Shown piece by piece: positions 57,282-64,000 of a stretch of 64,000 bases of DNA. Below the pieces are notes generated by a model. It was not told where the DNA came from and searched no databases. It saw nothing but the letters and a program-made list of their open reading frames with translations. This DNA comes from an uncultured Spirochaetales bacterium (lineage in GTDB: Bacteria; Spirochaetota; Spirochaetia; SPDA01; CAZSGZ01). The stretch spans positions 4,122 through 68,121 of the forward strand of contig CAYWIK010000005.1 of assembly GCA_964458315.1 (NCBI GenBank). Direction: 5' to 3'. Within the stretch, counting starts at the first letter, position 1. The number at the start of each line of letters is the position of its first letter. A program made the translations under genes and the position numbers.

Positions 57282-59651
57282 ATGGAAGAAAAACACGTTC
57301 CCCTTGCACTAAACGATGTATCTTTCGTGCTTACGGAGAAAGAAATCGCCCGCCTCGAGAAACACGCGCCAAACGAATCCGTGATCGGTCAGGAACGCGG
57401 TATGAAAGCACTTCGGATGGGGACCGAAATACAGAGCCGCGGGTACAATGTCTTTGTTACCGGTATGCCGGGTACGGGCCGACGAACAGCCGTTAAAAGA
57501 ATTCTCGAGGAGTACGACGGAGCACTGCGGGAGCACAAAGACGTCGCTTATGTGTATAATTTTGACCAGCCGATGCAGCCGAGGGTGCTTTATTTCGGCC
57601 CCGGTAACGCCGTGAAATTTAAACATGATGTTCACCAACTTGTAGAAAATTTAAAGAGTACGATAAAACTGCGGTTGGAAAGTGAAGCATATATCGAGCA
57701 GCGAAACGAAATTGTACAGGTAATAGAGCAGGAGGAGAACAGGCGTATATCCTCTTTCGAAGTGAAGCTCTCGAAAGAGGGGTTTAGGATGATCCACATA
57801 CGGGAAGGCGAAGGGCAGGCCATGGATATCGCCCCGCTCTATGAAGGGAAACCGGTGAACTTCGAACGGCTCCATGAAATGGTAGCGTCCGGAGAGCTTT
57901 CGGAAAATGAATTGAATACGAAGCGTGAAAAATATTTTGGATATATGGATGAAATGAAAAAGGTGTTTGCCGAACTTCGTAATGCCAGGTCCGCCATGGA
58001 TGAGGAACTTGAGGCGCTGCAAATTGAAACGGCTCGGCCGGCAGTCGCGGTGGAGGTGAGCCATCTGCGTGAGCTCTACGGGGGAGAAAAGATCGAAGCT
58101 TATTTAGCTGCATTAGAGCAAGATCTTCTTACCAATCTATATCTTTTTACCACGGATGAACACATTCGGGACTCGGCAGGGAACCCGGGATTTCTGCGCT
58201 ACGGGGTGCATGTTTTGGAGGATCGGTCCGATATCGACGCCTTTCCGGTGGTGTATGAACACTATCCGAGCTACGAAAACCTCTTCGGGAATATTGATGT
58301 CCAGACCACCTTCATGATGATTCAGGCCGGTTCGGTTGTGCGGGCCTCCGGCGGTTTTCTCGTTATCCAGGCAGAGGACCTTCTTCGGGAAGAGGAGTCT
58401 TGGTTCCATCTCAAACGAACGCTGCAGACCGGATTGGTCGAAATTCAGCATCGCCCCGGTCTCTTTGGACAATGCGGTGCGATGATGAAACCGGAACCAA
58501 TTGAGGTAGACACAAAAGTCATTATTGTAGGGAACGAAAATCTATACGATCTATTGTATGCAAGTGATCCGGATTTTCGGAAATTTTTCAAAATACACGC
58601 TGAATTCAACCGAATCACCAATCGAAACGACGAAACCATGGCTGCATATATCGAGTTCATTCATACCTTTTGTTCCGATGAGGGACTCAAGCCGGTTTCA
58701 AAATCGGGACTCTGCGCGCTTGTCGAATACGGAGTGCGGCTTGCAGAGGATAGAGAAAAAATAAGCACACGCTTTTCCCTTATTTCCGACCTGCTCCGGG
58801 AAGCGGATTACATAGCGGAAAAGAAAGGACGTAAAGATATCGGCCGTGATTCGGTAGCAGCAGCCCTTTCGGAGCGTCAATTCCTTGCGGACCGGTTCGA
58901 ATCGAGTATAGATGAGCAGATTGTGCGGGGGAAACTTTTTGTGGAGGTTACCGGCAGCGCGGTCGGCCGGGTGAACGGCCTCGCGGTGTATGACCGGGGG
59001 TACCGCTCTTTCGGAAGACCTGCGGTCATTACGGCCCGCGCCGCTCCGGGCGGAAAAGGAGTTGTTAATATTGAGCGGGAGGCCGGATTGTCGGGAGAGA
59101 TTCACAATAAAGGGATCCTCATTCTCGAAAGTTTCATCCGAAGCAGCTACGCTCCTGATTTTCCGGTGTCGATCCACGCGAGCATCTGTTTTGAACAGTC
59201 TTACGGAGAAATCGATGGAGATTCCGCATCCTCTACGGAAGTGTATGCCCTCCTGAGCGCCCTCGCGGAAGTCCCTCTCCGGCAGGATATTGCCGTTACC
59301 GGGAGTGTCAACCAAATGGGATACGTGCAGCCGGTCGGCGGAATAACCGAAAAGGTGGAAGGCTTTTTTCATGTCTGTAGGATGAGCGGGCTTACCGGGA
59401 CTCAGGGGGTGGTTATTCCCAAACAAAATATAACGAACCTCGTCCTCACCGGCGAAACTTACCAAGCGGTGGAGAAAGGAGATTTTTTTATCTATCCCGC
59501 TGCAACGATAAACGACGGCATAGAGATTCTCACCGGGATGGAAGCGGGGGAGCAGCAGCGGGGGAGGTTCCCTGAGGGGACATTCAACGACCTGGTAAGG
59601 AGAAAACTCCGCGAAATGGGAGACCATGTGCGAAACTACATTCGGGCGTAA
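57282..59651 (+). CDS. Lon-like protease (LonC/AAA_32 type, peptidase S16)
   Basis: VIGQER, degenerate Walker A GMPGTGRRT, Ser-Lys dyad DGDSAS...GGITEK; TGnTACCAT 7 nt before the ATG. Confidence 0.92.
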   Translation: MEEKHVPLALNDVSFVLTEKEIARLEKHAPNESVIGQERGMKALRMGTEIQSRGYNVFVTGMPGTGRRTAVKRILEEYDGALREHKDVAYVYNFDQPMQPRVLYFGPGNAVKFKHDVHQLVENLKSTIKLRLESEAYIEQRNEIVQVIEQEENRRISSFEVKLSKEGFRMIHIREGEGQAMDIAPLYEGKPVNFERLHEMVASGELSENELNTKREKYFGYMDEMKKVFAELRNARSAMDEELEALQIETARPAVAVEVSHLRELYGGEKIEAYLAALEQDLLTNLYLFTTDEHIRDSAGNPGFLRYGVHVLEDRSDIDAFPVVYEHYPSYENLFGNIDVQTTFMMIQAGSVVRASGGFLVIQAEDLLREEESWFHLKRTLQTGLVEIQHRPGLFGQCGAMMKPEPIEVDTKVIIVGNENLYDLLYASDPDFRKFFKIHAEFNRITNRNDETMAAYIEFIHTFCSDEGLKPVSKSGLCALVEYGVRLAEDREKISTRFSLISDLLREADYIAEKKGRKDIGRDSVAAALSERQFLADRFESSIDEQIVRGKLFVEVTGSAVGRVNGLAVYDRGYRSFGRPAVITARAAPGGKGVVNIEREAGLSGEIHNKGILILESFIRSSYAPDFPVSIHASICFEQSYGEIDGDSASSTEVYALLSALAEVPLRQDIAVTGSVNQMGYVQPVGGITEKVEGFFHVCRMSGLTGTQGVVIPKQNITNLVLTGETYQAVEKGDFFIYPAATINDGIEILTGMEAGEQQRGRFPEGTFNDLVRRKLREMGDHVRNYIRA

Positions 59652-59663
59652 AAAGGAAACATC

Positions 59664-60926
59664 ATGGAAAAAATAAACCTCGATCCGGAGTGGGCGGAAG
59701 AACGGCTCCTTAAACGGTTTGACCGATATGTGCGCGTCGAGACCACGTCGGACAGAAATGCAGACAAGGTGCCTTCTACAGAAGCGCAGTGGGAACTCCT
59801 TAGGCTTCTTGAAGGAGAACTGAGGGAGCTTGGGGTCGGCGATGTAGAACTCGATGAAAACGGGTATCTGATTGCTCGGCTTCCGGCGAATGCCGGCACC
59901 TCCGCCGCCACGCCGGCCATCGGCTTTATGGCCCACGTAGACACCGCGGCTGAAGCCCCCGGCAGTAATGTCCGTCCGCAGATCCGTGAAAACTACGACG
60001 GAAGTATCATCGTGCTCAAGGACGGCATCACCATCGACCCGGCGGAGTTTCCCGAACTGCGGGACAGAATCGGCGACACGATCATCACCTCCGACGGCAC
60101 GACCCTCCTGGGAGCGGACGACAAGGCCGGCGTGGCGGAAATCATGACTGCCGTGGAATGGCTCTCTCAAAATCCGGATACAGGCCGCGGAGAAATAGAA
60201 ATCATCTTTACTCCGGACGAAGAGACTGGAAAAGGGATGGACTGCTTTCCAATAAACAAACTGCATTCGAAATACTGCTACACCTTTGACGGCGATGTGG
60301 AGGGCGCCATAGAGGCGGAGTGTTTTCACGGATACATGGCGGTAGTGCATATAAGGGGCGTGTCGATCCATCCCGGGAAAGGCCGGGGAAAGTTGATGAA
60401 CGCCGTGACCATGGCGTCCGCATTTGTTTCCATGCTGCCGAGAAATGAAAGCCCCGAAGCGACGGACGGCCGGTATGGATTTTACTGTCCTTTAGAGATA
60501 AACGGGAGTATCGGCAGGGCGGAAATCCGCCTGCTCCTGAGGGATTTTGCATATCCGGAGATTGAGCGGCGGTCCGCCGCTTTGCGGAAAATCGCCGCCG
60601 CGGTTGAAGCGGATTTCCCCGGCTCCAGTGTAGAGGTGGAAATAAAAAAACAGTATGAAAACATGCGCGATCATTTAGACCGGGAGCCGAGGGGACTCGA
60701 ATTCTTGCGCGGGGCAGTGCGGCTGGCCGGGATGGATCCGGTGGAGAAGGAAATCCGGGGCGGGACCGACGGCGCCAGACTTGCCGAGATGGGAATACCG
60801 ACGCCGAATGTTTTTACCGGCGGTGCAAACTACCACAGCGTTCGGGAGTGGGCTTCTTTGCAGGTGATGCGTAAAGCGACTGAGACCCTACTGAATATAA
60901 TCAGGCTGTGGGCGGAAAAGGGTTAA
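59664..60926 (+). CDS. pepT: Tripeptidase T
   Basis: GFMAHVDT, SDGTTLLGADDKAG, FTPDEE, RGGTDG, NYHS..EW. Confidence 0.96.
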   Translation: MEKINLDPEWAEERLLKRFDRYVRVETTSDRNADKVPSTEAQWELLRLLEGELRELGVGDVELDENGYLIARLPANAGTSAATPAIGFMAHVDTAAEAPGSNVRPQIRENYDGSIIVLKDGITIDPAEFPELRDRIGDTIITSDGTTLLGADDKAGVAEIMTAVEWLSQNPDTGRGEIEIIFTPDEETGKGMDCFPINKLHSKYCYTFDGDVEGAIEAECFHGYMAVVHIRGVSIHPGKGRGKLMNAVTMASAFVSMLPRNESPEATDGRYGFYCPLEINGSIGRAEIRLLLRDFAYPEIERRSAALRKIAAAVEADFPGSSVEVEIKKQYENMRDHLDREPRGLEFLRGAVRLAGMDPVEKEIRGGTDGARLAEMGIPTPNVFTGGANYHSVREWASLQVMRKATETLLNIIRLWAEKG

Positions 60927-62080
60927 GAAAAACTTTTCAGGTTAATGGTTCTTTTATTGTCCGAAAGGCTCTTCTGCATATATTCTCTGTCCAAATCAAG
61001 CTTGTCCACCAAAAACTCCAGCTGATTTTGAGAAACCAGGTTCTGCTCGGCGAAAAGGTACATAAGCGCTTTTTCCGCTATGCAGGGAACTTTGAGGGCG
61101 TTCATGTTGATTGGGTAGGATGAACTGTCGTCCAGATAATTTTCGGAAAAATATTTATAGAGTTCAGATTTATTGGATCCGGCCTTGATGAGGTCGAGTT
61201 CATGTGTGAGCGGATCGAGGCTTCCCCGGGACGCTTCTACCCCTAAAGGTTTGAGGAAAAGAAAAGTATATTCCTTGCCCGGAAGATAGTGATGGTTGTC
61301 GCAGCGGGTGCAGTAGTTTGGTTCCTTCGAATCGTGCTTCTTTGTGTCGCCGCCGATAATGATGAGAGGATCGAAGTAGAGGGCGGGGCATTCCTCTCCG
61401 GCTATAAGATAATATCGGTAGGTGTAAAAGGAATCCAGGATACAGTCGTCATGTTCGCAGTAGGCGGTGAGAGGAAACACGTCCGTTGCGTTTTCCAGCA
61501 TGAGCCGGGCGGTGGGATTAAATATGTCTTTTCGGAAATTGAGGATGAGGCTGGGGAAGATGAAAACCCGGCCCCGGCGTTCCGATTCCCTTCGAATCAC
61601 ATAGACGAGCCGCTCGTCGTAGAAGGAAGCTTCGTCGATGATCCAAGTCCCGATATGAGGATTGTTTTCGATCAGTGTTTCGAGCTCGAAAGAGTCCGCT
61701 ACCTGCGCGATATTGTCTCCGCATCGTGCAAACCCGCCCCGGTAGGCGAGGGCGTCTTCGGGATAATCGGGAAACCGTCCCGCGTCGAGTTTCGACCGCA
61801 CAAAGAACACGTTCCGCCGGTCCGCCTTCCCCATGGTGGTAAGGGCGGCGACTTTGCTTGTTTTCCCGCGGGCGACGAGGCTGTCCCGCCATACCCGGGA
61901 AGAATATTCTGTTTTCCCGGAACCCATCGGGCCGATCACGAGGATCCTCCTCGAAGGGCGGGTAAAATCGAAATGATTAAAGGAATGATGGACGTTGAGC
62001 TCGGGAAATCCGAGGCTTTTCAAGAAATACGCAGTGGTGGATTCGTAGCTCATATCCTGGAAAAACCGTTCACGCATCAA
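60923..62080 (-). CDS. tdk: Thymidine kinase, long spirochaete type
   Basis: GPMGSGKTE, IDEASF, LNFR, C-x-H-x2-C and YCTRC zinc motifs; coupled to pdp. Confidence 0.85.
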   Translation of the reverse strand: MMRERFFQDMSYESTTAYFLKSLGFPELNVHHSFNHFDFTRPSRRILVIGPMGSGKTEYSSRVWRDSLVARGKTSKVAALTTMGKADRRNVFFVRSKLDAGRFPDYPEDALAYRGGFARCGDNIAQVADSFELETLIENNPHIGTWIIDEASFYDERLVYVIRRESERRGRVFIFPSLILNFRKDIFNPTARLMLENATDVFPLTAYCEHDDCILDSFYTYRYYLIAGEECPALYFDPLIIIGGDTKKHDSKEPNYCTRCDNHHYLPGKEYTFLFLKPLGVEASRGSLDPLTHELDLIKAGSNKSELYKYFSENYLDDSSSYPINMNALKVPCIAEKALMYLFAEQNLVSQNQLEFLVDKLDLDREYMQKSLSDNKRTINLKSFS

Positions 62081-62093
62081 TTTTTCCTGCTTC

Positions 62094-63398
62094 TCATTCG
62101 AATATTTGATAGATTAGTGTAGACGGTTCCGGCTTTTCCAAGCTGATCGTTACTGCTCCGGTAAACTTTGCAGCCGCCTCCTCACGGTTTGTTTCATCAT
62201 TAATATGCATTTCGGCGATGGGTTCTCCCTTCCGGACCGGTTCCCCGAGGCGTTTTTTCACCCAAATGCCGACGGCGTGATCGATTTGATCATCCTTTTT
62301 CGCCCGGCCTGCACCGAGCAGCATGGCGGCTACGCCGATATCTTCGGTATTCATCGACGAAACGAAACCGTCTTCGGCGGCTTTTATCGGAACAACTGTT
62401 TTTGCACGGGGCAGCAAAGATGTGTCGATCGTGACTTCCGGATTACCGCCCTGGGCTTCTATCATATCCGCGAGTTTCCGGAGAGCAGATCCGTCCGAAA
62501 TTACTCCTTCCAGAGTACTCATTGCTTGAGTAGGATTTTCGACTATACCCGAAAGTTTGAGCATTTGGGCGGCAAGCGTAAACGCCACGGTCCTCAGGTC
62601 TCCCTGCTCTTTCCCCTGCAGAACTTCGATCGCTTCCTGTACTTCGATACTGTTCCCAACCGCATTTCCCAGTGGCTGGTTCATGTCCGAAACCACGGCG
62701 TTGGTTTTGCGCCCTACTCCGGTCCCGATTTCTACCATCGTTTTTGCCAATGCGACCGCATCGTCAACGTTTTTCATGAAAGCGCCGGAACCGTATTTGA
62801 CGTCGAGGACAATAGCGTCGCTTCCGGCTGCGATTTTCTTACTCATGATGCTGCTCGCAATGAGGGACAAGTTGTCTACCGTAGCCGTAACGTCCCGCAG
62901 CGCGTAGAGTTTTTTGTCCGCCGGTACCAGGTCAGCGGTCTGACCGATTACGCTCAATCCGATGGTTGAAACAATTTCAAGAAACCGATCCATGGTTTGA
63001 CTAACCGAAAATCCGGGAATCGATTCCAGCTTGTCTATCGTGCCGCCGGTGTGCCCCAACCCCCTGCCGGACATTTTCGCGACCCTTCCCCCGCAGGCCG
63101 CAACAAGGGGCGCAACCACAAGGGTTGTTGTATCCGCGACGCCCCCGGTGCTGTGTTTATCCACTTTTATGCCGGGAATGGGAGAAAGGTCGATCTGGTC
63201 TCCCGACTCGGCCATGGAAAGGGTTAGATCGGTCGTTTCCCGGGCGTCCATCCCCTGAAACCAGATCGCCATCATGAGCGCCGAGATTTGATAATCGGGA
63301 ATCTTATCTCCCACGTACCCGCCTACGAAGTAATCGATTTCCTGCCTGGACAGTGACCCTCCGTTACGCTTTTTTTGTATGATATCGGTTATATGCAT
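62094..63398 (-). CDS. pdp: Pyrimidine-nucleoside phosphorylase
   Basis: DKHSTGGV, KMSGRGLGHTGGTIDKLESIPGF, ADKKLYALRDVT, SIMSKK, LDVKYGSGAF. Confidence 0.96.
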   Translation of the reverse strand: MHITDIIQKKRNGGSLSRQEIDYFVGGYVGDKIPDYQISALMMAIWFQGMDARETTDLTLSMAESGDQIDLSPIPGIKVDKHSTGGVADTTTLVVAPLVAACGGRVAKMSGRGLGHTGGTIDKLESIPGFSVSQTMDRFLEIVSTIGLSVIGQTADLVPADKKLYALRDVTATVDNLSLIASSIMSKKIAAGSDAIVLDVKYGSGAFMKNVDDAVALAKTMVEIGTGVGRKTNAVVSDMNQPLGNAVGNSIEVQEAIEVLQGKEQGDLRTVAFTLAAQMLKLSGIVENPTQAMSTLEGVISDGSALRKLADMIEAQGGNPEVTIDTSLLPRAKTVVPIKAAEDGFVSSMNTEDIGVAAMLLGAGRAKKDDQIDHAVGIWVKKRLGEPVRKGEPIAEMHINDETNREEAAAKFTGAVTISLEKPEPSTLIYQIFE

Positions 63399-63406
63399 TT
63401 GTCTTT

Positions 63407-63435
63407 ATGGTAGTAGGAAACGATCAAAGAGGCAA
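63407..63435 (-). promoter_or_regulatory. sigma70 promoter of pdp (TTGCCT-N17-TACCAT), 8 nt before the ATG
   Basis: Read directly; the -35 lies inside the 3' end of intI. Confidence 0.7.
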
Positions 63436-64000
63436 GCCGTTATCCGCCAGGCGGTCGAAGGGGCTTTCTACGCCAAGCTTGTTTTTTCGAGCTACGTGGG
63501 TATAAATCATCGTGGTCTGCAGGCTGGAATGCCCTAAGAGCTCCTGGACGGTCCTGATGTCGTATCCATGTTCGATAAGATGGGTCGCGAAGCTGTGCCG
63601 CAGGGTGTGTACGGATGCGTTCTTGGTAAGCCCAGCTGCTTGGACGGCCTTGTGGAACGCCTTCTGAAGTGATGAGTGATAGATGTGATGGCGCCGCACG
63701 ATTTTTTCCGCCGGGTCGATGGACAATTTCGGGGACGGGAATACCCAGAACCATTTCCAGCTTTCGGGCGATTTCGGATATTTTCTTCGTAGGGCAGCCG
63801 GTATCGAAACGCCTGCAATGCCGTTTCGACGGTCTTCTTCAAACCGGCTTCGGACCCGGCGCATCTGCTCCTGAAGCGGTTTTATGAGTCCTTCGGGGAG
63901 CAGGGTTTCCCGGTCTTTGTCCCCTTTCCCCGAACGGACCACAATACTGTTCCTTTCAAAATCGATGTCTTTTATCCGGAGATTGAGACATTCCCTGAGT
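63424..64000 (-). mobile_element. intI: Integron integrase (IntI), 5' part outside the window
   Basis: Frame is open to the edge ([14 protein letters not shown]...GKGDKDR); IntI-specific insert ALRRKYP...W.WFWVFPS..LS.DP; [23 protein letters not shown]. Confidence 0.92.

Noticed and set aside
58698-60371. 557-aa minus-strand ORF, and similar long shadow ORFs (17865-19031, 24373-25164, 61289-62122, 3558-4364)
   Set aside because: They are antisense to, or overlap, well-supported genes, have no recognisable motifs or start signals, and are expected from codon bias.
62094-63423. Gene cassettes or attC sites downstream of intI
   Set aside because: pdp and tdk are housekeeping genes with 13-25 bp gaps and no RYYYAAC...GTTRRRY structure.
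1-64000. rRNA, tRNA, CRISPR arrays, IS elements, prophage
   Set aside because: Intergenic gaps are nearly all under about 110 bp, and I saw no cloverleaf, repeat-spacer, transposase or phage signatures by eye. A covariance-model scan was not possible.

Overview
Gene-dense bacterial chromosomal segment, most likely from a free-living anaerobic spirochaete. This is inferred from the pyrG-lptCAB-rpoN-hpf-hprK-ptsH...lexA-holA order, a long spirochaete-type thymidine kinase and a FapA/MinD-like pair. I found no rRNA, tRNA or CRISPR array. About 64 CDS are supportable, including a partial yjbQ at the left edge that the ORF track misses and a partial integron integrase at the right edge. Top observation: a coupled operon cysD-cysN(with a dead CysC domain)-cysteate synthase-cysteate acyltransferase-like AOS enzyme (49645-54912). 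It reads as the entry pathway for capnine/sulfonolipids, a lipid class known from Bacteroidota and, to my knowledge, not from spirochaetes. Divergent from it is a MATE-C45 Ntn hydrolase-fused EtfBA-FAD oxidoreductase-avtA run, and a two-domain VOC gene converges on its 3' end. Other highlights: an Orange-protein (ORP)-like Fe-S module with two near-perfect Fur boxes; about 14 sigma70 promoters whose -10 lies 6-11 nt from the start codon (leaderless translation); a standalone 62-aa MshEN-like protein coupled to a BFN-UVR protein; and a 28-codon remnant of a deleted dehydrogenase. Family assignments come from motif recognition and memory, not from database searches.
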